In this document: in pieces, positions 1 to 10,328 of the stretch
Numbering within the stretch: the stretch's first letter is position 1
Layout: each line of letters starts with the position of its first letter
Source: Octopus bimaculoides
Taxonomy: Eukaryota
Direction of reading: 5' to 3'
Assembly: GCF_001194135.2 (NCBI RefSeq)
Contig: NC_068990.1
Coordinates: 57,211,079-57,275,078 of the forward strand
Length of the DNA: 64,000 bases
Notes under the pieces: generated by a model
What the model was told of the DNA's origin: nothing
Database searches by the model: none
The model's input: the letters and a program-made list of their open reading frames with translations, nothing else
Made by a program: the position numbers and the translations under genes

Positions 1-394
1 ATCGTGCGTTTTCGCACTGGCAAGGGAGCCCTGTAGTAACGCCGTGCGCATGCGTGGAATTAAACAAGCACGCTTTCCCGCTTAATTCTATCTCTTTCTC
101 GGTCGGCCGACCATGAGCATGGACGTGTCAAGCAGTGTCTCCAACATTCCAACCTGGAGACAGTCTCTTTACGTGTATAGCTGTCACTCTCCATCCTTCG
201 GACTTACACTCGACAGCTCGCTTACATCTACATAACAACGTCCCAACAACTATGCTCACACACATAGAAGCTGTAACAACAAGAGCTAAAGATGTATATA
301 TTTACCACCTGAATAAATGTTGTTTAGGTTGATGGTCCGGAGTTCAGCGTTCCGTTTATATTCTCTAATTTTATATAGGAAAGTCAGGTATACA
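1..394 (+). mobile_element. Probable 3' part of a solo or 3' LTR, truncated by the window edge
   Basis: CpG-rich block in very AT-rich DNA. TATATATT (~296) is followed by AATAAA (~312), and the block ends in ...GGTATACA at 394. No PBS (TGG) follows. The 5' end and TSD are not visible. Confidence 0.4.
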
Positions 395-1165
395 TCTAAT
401 GATGTATAACCAACTTTCCTATAATATAAAATAATTATTTTTTAGGATAAATCTAAGTCCTTCTATTATAAACCTTTTCAAATATACATATATATATATA
501 AGTTCAATTAGAGGTTAAATAAGCCTCATTAAAGGATAATAATATCCAATGAATTAACTGGTTTATTACCTACTATTTATTTTGAATATAAATTTTAATA
601 CTCAACAATACGTAATTAAATAAACCACGGTTTATATTTATTTAAGAAAAATAAGAAAATAGAGATAAACCAATTGATAATTATACCTATTTGTTACAAA
701 AATAGACATAATCCCTGACAGCTGTTTTGATTCAGACTTTAAAAAAATTACTTAAAATTATTAAATCATTATAAAGTTGAATCTTGTCGGAAGTAGAAAA
801 AAGATATACCATTACATTTTTATGTTTTTATGTGTGTTTTTTTGTTGTTAAATACTATGAATTTCTCGAAATTCTGCATACCTAAGGATTTACTTGGGAT
901 ATGTATTCTACTTACATATATTGGTATATGATTGTTGAATATTTGTAACCAAATTTTTTAATACTGTGTGCTTTATNNNNNNNNNNATATATTACATAAA
1001 TAAATCATATAAATAAATCATTCGTATTTGGTATAGTTATTATTCTGCGTAAACTGAGAGTTTTAAGTATTTTATTAATCTTCAATAAACATTTTATTAT
1101 AGGTAGATTTTCGTTTTCGATATTTTTGTTATTATTTTAGTTTAGTAATTGTAACACGTACTTAC

Positions 1166-1184
1166 CTCTGGTAATGGACGCCAT
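1166..1184 (-). CDS. Candidate first coding exon (MASITR + 1 nt) of a gene running off the left edge
   Basis: The minus strand reads AAAC-ATG GCG TCC ATT ACC AGA G|GTAAGT, a perfect donor in a locally CpG-retaining context. No downstream exon was identified. Confidence 0.4.
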
Positions 1185-1198
1185 GTTTATCACGTGAC
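1179..1198 (-). promoter_or_regulatory. YY1-type motif (AAACATGGCG) abutting a USF/TFE/SREBP-type E-box (GTCACGTGAT)
   Basis: Exact motifs in sequence. The same composite is repeated at 1386-1405, and a further GCCATTTT lies at ~1431. Confidence 0.5.
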
Positions 1199-1718
1199 TT
1201 TTCAGTATTAATTTTCATAGCATTATTTACGTAATATAGAATTCTCGTATGTGTATAGTTATTACTCTGCGTTAATTTGCAAGTTTAAGTATTTTAGTAT
1301 TTTTAATCCTCAAGTAGATTTTCTTTTTCGATATTTTCGTTATCATTTTGGTAATTATAATACGAATGTACTTCTGGGTAATATACGCCATGTTTATCAC
1401 GTGACCTTTTAGTATAAATTCTATAGCACAGCCATTTTGCTTTAATCTACTGTCACCAGCCGGTAGATAAGTCATGTCTTCTTATTTTAATTTTATAAAC
1501 AATATTCACAGTTGTCTTTTAGTAACTTTGCACACTAACACATTTTTTTTTTACTATTATTTACTTATTCCATAATGTTTTAACCTCGTTTACTATAATA
1601 TTTTTAGATTGTAACTCTTAATAATTATATTAATACCGTTAATGTAGAGATTAGTTTACAGATTTTATCTACTTATATATATTTTTTATTTCTCATGTTT
1701 ATGTTTATTCCTTGAATG

Positions 1719-2700
1719 NNNNNNNNNNNNNNNNNNNNNNNNNNNNNNNNNNNNNNNNNNNNNNNNNNNNNNNNNNNNNNNNNNNNNNNNNNNNNNNNNN
1801 NNNNNNNNNNNNNNNNNNNNNNNNNNNNNNNNNNNNNNNNNNNNNNNNNNNNNNNNNNNNNNNNNNNNNNNNNNNNNNNNNNNNNNNNNNNNNNNNNNNN
1901 NNNNNNNNNNNNNNNNNNNNNNNNNNNNNNNNNNNNNNNNNNNNNNNNNNNNNNNNNNNNNNNNNNNNNNNNNNNNNNNNNNNNNNNNNNNNNNNNNNNN
2001 NNNNNNNNNNNNNNNNNNNNNNNNNNNNNNNNNNNNNNNNNNNNNNNNNNNNNNNNNNNNNNNNNNNNNNNNNNNNNNNNNNNNNNNNNNNNNNNNNNNN
2101 NNNNNNNNNNNNNNNNNNNNNNNNNNNNNNNNNNNNNNNNNNNNNNNNNNNNNNNNNNNNNNNNNNNNNNNNNNNNNNNNNNNNNNNNNNNNNNNNNNNN
2201 NNNNNNNNNNNNNNNNNNNNNNNNNNNNNNNNNNNNNNNNNNNNNNNNNNNNNNNNNNNNNNNNNNNNNNNNNNNNNNNNNNNNNNNNNNNNNNNNNNNN
2301 NNNNNNNNNNNNNNNNNNNNNNNNNNNNNNNNNNNNNNNNNNNNNNNNNNNNNNNNNNNNNNNNNNNNNNNNNNNNNNNNNNNNNNNNNNNNNNNNNNNN
2401 NNNNNNNNNNNNNNNNNNNNNNNNNNNNNNNNNNNNNNNNNNNNNNNNNNNNNNNNNNNNNNNNNNNNNNNNNNNNNNNNNNNNNNNNNNNNNNNNNNNN
2501 NNNNNNNNNNNNNNNNNNNNNNNNNNNNNNNNNNNNNNNNNNNNNNNNNNNNNNNNNNNNNNNNNNNNNNNNNNNNNNNNNNNNNNNNNNNNNNNNNNNN
2601 NNNNNNNNNNNNNNNNNNNNNNNNNNNNNNNNNNNNNNNNNNNNNNNNNNNNNNNNNNNNNNNNNNNNNNNNNNNNNNNNNNNNNNNNNNNNNNNNNNNN
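1719..2700. other. Assembly gap (largest of ~11 N runs; other large ones at ~17123-17313, 18635-19180, 49879-50323)
   Basis: Runs of N; the X-rich ORFs in the track are artefacts of these. Confidence 1.
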
Positions 2701-2999
2701 GGATTTCTCACTAAAATTGGCTACACCCCATTTTCAACTATAACTTTTACCAATTTTGACATATTTTGTTCAAACTTGATGCTGACATTACTTAGTACTC
2801 GTGGGATCTTAGAATGCATTAAGTTCTCAAAAAAAAAAAAATAAAAATAAAACAATCGATGAGTGTAAAAATCGATAAACCAATTCCTTATGGGATTTCT
2901 CAATCAAATTGTCTGCAACCCATTTTCAGTCAAACGTTTACCAATTTCAACAGATTTCGCTCAAATTTCATGTCAGTGTTACTTAGTTTGGTTTGAAAC

Positions 3000-4370
3000 A
3001 AAGCACTTTATTAGCTTAATAATCCTAACTTAATCGTAAACAATGTCGGACTATACTGCTTGTTTGATATAAATTACACATTAAAAATAAGATGTCTTCA
3101 TTATACTAAATAATCATATGTATAAATACATCTATTTAATTTATTAATTAATTGATGATGATAATAATAATAATAATAATAATGATAATAAATGTACAGT
3201 TTTATTTGACTTACTAACAAAATTTAATAACCATAATATTAATTATCATAGTATTGTATAGTTTATAACTTGTATTCTTATTAAAATATTATTTTTTTAC
3301 TTCTGAAAGAGTTAATAAAATTTGGATATGTACTATTTATAATCCTTTATATAAAAATACTACTAATTATATCTATAGAGGATCGATATTCAATCCTTGT
3401 TTTTGTTTATATTACCTAATTTTTATTTACTGGGTTCTCCCTTCCATAATATACGAATATAGGAACATTTACTTGTTAGTTACTATGAATAATTTTTATT
3501 TAAGTAACTTCATATCTGGTTACTTCTAATAAACTAGTAATATTTTGATACCCATCATAATAGCCTAACTCTATATCTATGGAGTAATATAGGTTATAGC
3601 TATTGTAGCTCTAAGTTTATTTTCATATTTATTACGGAATTCTCCCTCCAATAAATTAAGTAAATAAAGAACATTTTTGTTAGGTTTCTCTTCATATTTA
3701 TTTCAAAAGTCTCCTTCTGATAAGCTAAATAAATAAAGAACATTTTTTATTAGCTACTTTAAACAATCTTTTTTATATCAATAACTTTGTTGTTATGTAT
3801 TACCAATATAATAGTATATTATTTTTTATATTTATTTACACATTTTATTACAGTCTCTAGATTAAGTAAGACCCTGATACTTAATTTATATACCTATATA
3901 TCGTTGTTGTATGTTATTATAATAGCCAAAGATAAATTGTCTTCCACCTAAACAAGTTTGGATTAATATTATTTGAGATATATAGAAATATATTTTGATA
4001 GTTGTAGATTCTATTTACCTGATTATTTTGTCTGTTATAATTTTGCTGTTTTTTAATTGTAATTGTTATGTAATTGAAAAGTTAACGCTCATGCTCATAA
4101 TACATAGGTATATGAATTGATCTTTTTACGGTCCAGTTGTCCTTTCACACAGAATTTCATCTATCTTTAAACCATAGCTCTGATGAGACTTATATAAACA
4201 AACTGAATTGTTTATAAATCAAATAATGTGAATAAGTCAAAACATATTGTTGGCTGTTTTGGATTTTTCATGATATTTTTAATGTTATATTATATTCATA
4301 GTATATTATGTTTTATTATAATATAAATAGATTATTGGATTGTCAATTGTATCTCTCTATTTATTGTTTA
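3000..4370. mobile_element. Extremely AT-rich decayed sequence carrying the hammerhead; possible Penelope-like element remnant
   Basis: Association with a minimal-stem-III hammerhead only; no RT or GIY-YIG motif could be read. Confidence 0.25.
4174..4257 (+). ncRNA. Type I hammerhead ribozyme motif, probably inactivated (G12>A, C17>U)
   Basis: Stem I ATAGCT/GGCTGT (6 bp, 2 G-U); core CTGATGA 4180-4186; stem II GACTTAT/ATAAGTC (7 bp perfect, G-C closing pair) enclosing hairpin ATAAACAA/TTGTTTAT; AAAA in place of GAAA at 4239; stem III ACA/TGT with TAT loop; cleavage triplet GTT. Confidence 0.7.
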
Positions 4371-4689
4371 TATATATATACACACATGATGATGATATAT
4401 ATTTATATGACGATAGTTATCGCTGGTTTATAGGGTTACCCAGGGATTCGTGTTTATAAAGCACTTAGCTTTACAGTGTCTCATCAGCCCCAAATGGCAG
4501 GTGGCCTATAACCTCTCTTCAAAGAGGAGGAAGAAAAGGCCTCATGACTAGTTATTGAACACACAGATAAAGGAGACACATAGATAATAGATATACATAT
4601 ATATGTAAAACCCATGACAGCATAGAAGATAAACATTAAATTACTATATATATATATATTCATTTATATATGTATGTAACTATGTTCTC

Positions 4690-5330
4690 CAGCATGCTGG
4701 ATATCAGCCTGGAATTTCTGAGGGTCCACGCTTCTTCTAGATAGTCATAGAACCTACACTAGGTTCATCTGTCCTTTTGACAAGTCTTGATTTTAGTCTT
4801 CCTGGGTTTCAAGTAACCTACCTCACCAGACAAGCCTAGTGGGGGTGCCGATTTAGCCACTGATGACTTGATCATGCAACAGATTGTACTGGGTTCCGTG
4901 TTACCAGTAACACTCATGAGAGACAGCACAAGTGAACCCTTAACTTTTGTTAGAGCATGTCTCTGAGAGAAGGTCACTCTGATATAAAACTAGATGTGCA
5001 GGGAATGGCATTGAACATTTTGGGGATCTTTTGCTTGCACTTGAGATCATGGTACTCTCAAATACCTGAGCCTAAGACTCATATTAGCACTGGATGTCTT
5101 ATTCTGGCTTGAGTTTGGATCATGTCAGTAGGGTGGATTGGTCCAAGAAGTTTAGGGTGTGCAATTGACAGCAAGGCAACTATCTGATGCCAGCAGTGGG
5201 GAGCATAGAAACCACAGACATAATGACACTGACTGCTGGTGCATTAATCTGATGCACAGGAATTGCTGGCATTTTGCATGGGCAATGATCAGTGATCTTC
5301 CTTGATTACATGTGGACAGCCATCACCATC
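4690..5330 (-). mobile_element. Probable 5' fragment of an RTE-type non-LTR retrotransposon
   Basis: GC-richer block bounded by microsatellites; the minus-strand start resembles RTE 5' ends as I recall them; no intact protein motif. Confidence 0.3.
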
Positions 5331-6413
5331 ATGTATGCATGTACACTCACACACATGTATATGTATGCAAACATAGAAACACCTGCACTCACACATATGT
5401 ATACATACATTTATTTATAAGTAGAACATATAATTCCAAACCCAAACACATATACTAAAACTGGTAAACTATTTGTATATTTCACATACAGGTGAATATA
5501 TATAAATGCTCATATTTAAAATGTAATTTATAATAAATATAGAAATGAAATAGATAAGTATTTGGAATAAATATAATAATAAAATGTATAATAAAGATCA
5601 TAAAGTAATATAATAAATGCCTTATATTTTCTATTTGGCTATAATTAGATCCATTGTTGATTATCATCATTGATTCGAGGGTATAGGTGAAATAGGCATA
5701 TTGACGTTTATACCTTTTCCAAGATCATTAGCATTGAAAGCGATGTCAAGTAACAACAATAGGCAACTGAAATCAGGTCACAAACCCAGTCACCAGAAAC
5801 TCACCTTTACTGTACAGTGAACACTAGTGATATAGAAATGTATTTGCATGCATAAATGCCTATTCAGGCATCCTATATATGTAAATATATATTTAGTCTC
5901 ACTGTGAAGTAATTATGGGTTAAAATTCCAGATTAAAGAGAGAACATTAGATCAGCAACTGGAGGTTCTCAATTTTGATTCTCACAAAACCTTTCATAAG
6001 CTTTTATGATACCTAATTATATGCCCTTTTGATCAGATGGAAAGACTTCAACAGAAATGTGTTTACACAAAGAGTAGGATGAGTTGACAAAAAGTTAACA
6101 AAGACAATTTTAGAAAGAACTTGGCAGTATCTCTTGAATTGTAACATATTCTCATTGGGGAACTATTTTGAATTTCAAAACATAAGTTATAAAAGAAAGA
6201 TTGCTATGTGATCATTGACCACTAATAATAAGTATCTTATATCTTTAAGTATGGCACTTTTAGGTTTGTTAAAGTGTGGCAAGATTGAAATTAATTACCA
6301 GTAGTGATTAGAAGAATGAGCTTGGAACTGATTAAACTTAGTTAATTAATCATTTTAGAAATATTATCATTTATAATCCTCTCAATGAGAGACATTCAGT
6401 AACAGTACTTTGA

Positions 6414-6625
6414 AATAAAGACTATTTGCCAGCATAATGTGGCAGTCTCAGTTGGGATGAATGCTACTGTTGTTTAGCCCCAGGAAACATCGTCTCCAGT
6501 CGGCTATACAACACAATAAATATCTGTGTCATATAGCCAGCTGGAGACGATGTTTCCTGGGGTAAACAACAGTGGCATTCATCCTAACTGGGACTGCCAC
6601 ATTATGTTGGCAAATAATCTTTATT
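6414..6625. repeat. Near-perfect inverted repeat (foldback), arms ~95 nt
   Basis: TATTTGCCAGCATAATGTGGCAGTC...CATCGTCTCCAGTCGGCTATA pairs with TATAGCCAGCTGGAGACGATG...GACTGCCACATTATGTTGGCAAATA; the loop itself holds ACACA/TGTGT. Confidence 0.9.
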
Positions 6626-6704
6626 ATTATTTTGTTATCAAGGCAGTGAGCTGGCAGAATTGTTAGCATGCTAGACAAAATGCTTCTTCTTCTTCTATTA
6701 TTAT

Positions 6705-7256
6705 TATTGAGTGAGAGAGCAGTGCATGCCATCAAAGTAACACTGGAGTAAAATATACAAAGTCCAGTATACCCATCATGACTACCTGTCTGATCAGGTT
6801 ACACCAGGCACATGCATAACAGCTATATGTGCACAACAGAGTGATCTCATATCAAGATAAACAGTGCATGATCTTGCAGGTGGGGCCCAGTTAGAATTTT
6901 CTTCAGGTAGAGTAGCTCATCCTGCTCAAAAGGTCCTTGAATAAGGGTTATTTAAGGATGATGAACAAAACACTCATGTTTTCAAAGGTGAATTATCCAA
7001 ACCCCTAAGAATTCCTCTCAACACATGGCTATGATGCTCTCCCACTACTTCTGCACATGATCAGAGATACACATATCATCAGCCACTAAGGGACATGCTC
7101 AAATGGTTAAGGTCAAGCAACTGACAAGCAAATCTGTGGTATTGAGCAGAATATTTGCTGTACCCCATCTTTTATACCAAAACAAAACAATGTACATGAT
7201 AACACTTCCAATCAATTAAGATTAGAAGCCATGAGAGTCACTACATCAGGGCATTT
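6705..7256. mobile_element. Non-coding interspersed repeat embedded in (ATT)n
   Basis: ~550-bp GC-richer block with ATT runs on both sides; resembles a common octopus repeat from memory; family not assignable. Confidence 0.55.
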
Positions 7257-7299
7257 TATTTATTATTATTATTATTATTATTTTTATTGTTAATATTAC

Positions 7300-8520
7300 T
7301 TGTTAGGCACTCACAGCCCTTAATAGCCAGGCAGTGGGATTGGTGGATGTTCCACTTTAGAAATTTATAGAAAATTAGTGGTTGCAAATGCGACAACATT
7401 CTCAGGGAGATTCTGGGTGCTGACAAAAACGAACTGGCTAGTCTTTTCTGGTTGGGAACTATCATGGATAATTTCCAGATGGCCTTGGCCTGGCAGTGCT
7501 ACCAGAGGGTGCTGCCAGTTCGAGATAAACTCCACAGGTATGGATGTGCTGTCAGGCAGGCTTGTCCGAGGTGTGTGCAGAATGATGAAACCGTTCTGCA
7601 TGCCCTCATTCAGTGTCCAGGCATTGCTGACTTGTGGTGTTATGTTCAACAGCTGCTATCATGTGTGGGAAGGATCTGTCTATCAGCTGAGTCTATAGTG
7701 ATGATAGTACTGCCGCCCTCCTACAATCAGGCAGGCAAGGTAGTTTTCCTTTGCCTGGTGGCAGTGGCAATAGAGGTTGTTTGGTGAATAAGGCTGAAAA
7801 ACATGAGAACAAATACATTCCTCTTTGGTAGAGCTCTCATTGACTTCTACAAGTTTCACTTGAAAAGGAAATTGAGAATGGAGAGGGAAGTGCTATCCTT
7901 GAGTGAGTTTATTGAAAGGTGGGTGAAAGTTGTGAAAATGGCAAGAGTGGATGGTACTTCTCTGAGTGTAGACCTGTGAGTTGGAAGGGAGGAATTGGAG
8001 AGGACACTTGCTCTTGAGGTTTCAGGGAAATCTTAGACAGTGAGGTTCCTTAGTTATCCCCAGAGGTCTTCCTGTATTAAGAAGACTACCTCCCTATCAT
8101 CCTCTCCACCACTTATTTTTTTAACCTTTGTATGCTATGCATATGTCCCTTCTTTTTCAGTGTATATCATCTACAGTAATCCCTTGACTATCGCGAGTGT
8201 TACATTCCAAAACCTCACACAGAAATAATTAAAATCTAAAGAAAATATAAATACCTATTGGCCACAGAAACCTGGATGTACTGAGGAGTCCACAAAATAA
8301 ATTTACATATTTTAGCCAGAAAAATCTGCAATGTACTGAATGCACAATAGGTGAACCCTGATGTACTGAGGGTGTGATAGATGAACTGCGATATGGCAAA
8401 GGATTACTGTATAATTAATTTCTTTCCTTCTTTTATATTATTTTTATCATTTCATTATATGTAAACCCTAACACTTTATGTCTGTCTTTGTATTATCCCC
8501 TTGTGGCAAATAAATGAAAT
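7300..8520 (+). mobile_element. 5'-truncated L1/Tx1-clade LINE (ORF2 C-terminal zf-RVT plus 3' UTR)
   Basis: ORF 7452-7787: LAWQCYQRVLPVRDKL...CPRCVQNDETVLHALIQCPGIADLW (CxxC..ETxxH..CP..W); ends CCCCTTGTGGCAAATAAATGAAAT. Confidence 0.8.
8174..8409. mobile_element. pogo/Tigger-type MITE inserted in the LINE 3' UTR
   Basis: TA|CAGTAATCCCTTGACTATCGCG ... GCGATATGGCAAAGGATTACTG|TA: imperfect TIRs with TA TSD; internal ATGTACTGA three times. Confidence 0.8.
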
Positions 8521-8703
8521 CATCTTCATCATCATCAATCATCTTCTTCATTATTATTATTATTATTATTATTATCATTATACACATTGTTATTATTGTA
8601 TACTAAAATTATAATTAGATGAAGAAAGCTATGAAACAGGCATAATCCTAAGGATGTCAAGTGATGGAATAGATATATTCACCTCTCATACCTCCTGATT
8701 TTT

Positions 8704-8859
8704 TTATGATTTCATGTACTTCTCTTGAAATAATATCATTGATCTGATCTTCTGGATTTCAGCTGCAAAGAACTTATCCATTATACTCCTCTGTACTGGA
8801 TTGCCATGTGGTCTAATAGCCAATCCTTTAGAGGGAGTTTCTGCGATAGCCACATGATT
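8704..8859 (-). CDS. Candidate terminal exon, NHVAIAETPSKGLAIRPHGNPVQRSIMDKFFAAEIQKIRSMILFQEKYMKS*
   Basis: 51 open codons after acceptor ...ttctaat...ggcttcatag|; phase 0; non-repeat DNA. Product unknown. Confidence 0.35.
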   Translation of the reverse strand, partial: NHVAIAETPSKGLAIRPHGNPVQRSIMDKFFAAEIQKIRSMILFQEKYMKS

Positions 8860-8939
8860 CTATGAAGCCATACATTACATTAGAAATATATATCCTCCTC
8901 CTCATCATCATCATCATCAAGACCACCACCACCACCACC

Positions 8940-9540
8940 ATCATTTAACGTCCATTGTCCATGCTGGCATGGGTCAGACAGTTTGACCAGTGCTTGCAAT
9001 CTGGGGAGCTACACCAGACTCCAGTTTGATTTGGCATGGTTTCTATAGCTGGATGACCTTCCTAATGCCAGAGTGTACTGGGTGCTTTTATGTGGCAACA
9101 CACAGGCACTTTTACATAGCACCACATGGGTGCTTTTATGTGGCACTACACAGGTGTTTTTACATGACACTGTAGGGGCACTTTTATGTGACACCACTAC
9201 AAGTGCTTTACACCACCAGAAGGACTGGTTTTAACACTTCTGGTGTGGAGTACAAGTCTTCTTGAGTACAGCAAGGTGCCAGGCATCTCAGTCCTTTGTC
9301 ATCTCACCTGAGAGTTTCAGCATCCTGAGGTCGCCCTATAGTACTTCATTCCATGTCTTCCTGGGTGTCTGACTTCCATGTGTTCCATCCACTTTGAGAG
9401 ATCAGCACTTCTTTATGGAGCTGTTGGCATCCATCCACATCACATGACCAAACCAGCACAGTCTTCTCTCTTGCACCTGGCAACCAATTTCTCTTATGCC
9501 TAACTTCTCTCTCAAAACACTAGCACAAATAAATACATTA
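8940..9540 (-). mobile_element. 3' fragment of an RTE LINE (same family as 34890-37160)
   Basis: REKLGIR...QERRLCWFGHVMWMD motif; tail GCCAGCATGGACAATGGACGTTAAATGATG; internal ~24-bp minisatellite at 9078-9215. Confidence 0.8.
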
Positions 9541-10208
9541 TATATNNNNNNNNNNNNNNTATATAATATTGATAATAAAGAGAATGAAGAATTTGAACAT
9601 TCAAACTTTATGCTTATTTCCAGTTTATCCATGATAATTATCTCACATATGTTTTGGTAACACTAACTGCATATTGTTGCATATTTATATGCTGCAATTT
9701 AAGCATTATTAGTATGATCTCTTCAGGGCATGTAAGTATGACACTGTTCGAAGGGGAGTTTTTCACCTGCTTTTAGTTTGGATTAAGATTGACAGTAGTA
9801 GTAAAGCATAGCATTCTTCCATAAGATGTTTTTCTCAACTGATAGTTTGGGTAAAATTCAGTTGCAGCAGCAGCAGTGCTTGTTGAAGTTGGCAAATATA
9901 TTTGGCTATGTGGGGATTGGTTATTTATAGAATACTCATTTTTGATTGATTCTGCATACTTTTTAGCCACGTAGATAATTACTAGGCAGTAATAACTGCA
10001 TAGTTATTAAAAGAAGTACTCAGTTGAATTTTAAATTTTTCAAATTTATTATTATTATTATCATTGTTTTAAAGTGCTTTTAGGTTATATTATATATAAC
10101 CTTATAAATTGAAATCTATTCTTATATTCTTTATATGCATCTAAAGATGTTATACACTGCTGGTCACAAAATGCTTTGTATCATTTTACCTTTCAAATGA
10201 AGACACAC

Positions 10209-10328
10209 CTCTATATATAACATTATCAACTTCTTTTTACTCTGCATGTATCGTAATTGTTCATATTCTAACTTCACCCCTGCATTATGTCCTTGATTAG
10301 GCACATAACTGAGTTTGTTCCAGTTGAT
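10209..10328 (-). CDS. Candidate internal exon, INWNKLSYVPNQGHNAGVKLEYEQLRYMQSKKKLIMLYIE
   Basis: ttttgttcagtcag|ATC ... GAG|gtgtgt; 120 nt, phase 0/0; lies within track ORF 10164-10433. Confidence 0.35.

Larger units (their letters stand above)
1022..1420. repeat. Diverged tandem duplication, period ~223 bp
   Basis: TCGTAT..GTATAGTTATTA(T/C)TCTGCGT at 1022 and 1245; CGCCATGTTTATCACGTGAC in both copies (~1179 and ~1386). Confidence 0.85.

Noticed and set aside
400-4400. Mitochondrial insertion (NUMT) suggested by very high AT content
   Set aside because: No mitochondrial protein, rRNA or tRNA motif could be read on either strand.
4420-4490. Second CTGATGA on the minus strand near the hammerhead
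   Set aside because: No complementary stem II closing onto GAAA could be built.
4690-5330. HDV-like ribozyme at a putative RTE 5' end
   Set aside because: Could not fold the nested double pseudoknot by eye; needs an RNAMotif/Infernal search.
9078-9215. CRISPR-like repeat array
   Set aside because: Units are contiguous with no unique spacers, lie inside a LINE tail, and there are no cas genes in this eukaryotic DNA.
9773-10005. Minus ORF YYCLVIIYVAKKY...NLNPN*
   Set aside because: Phase does not fit the neighbouring candidates; low complexity; no family motif.
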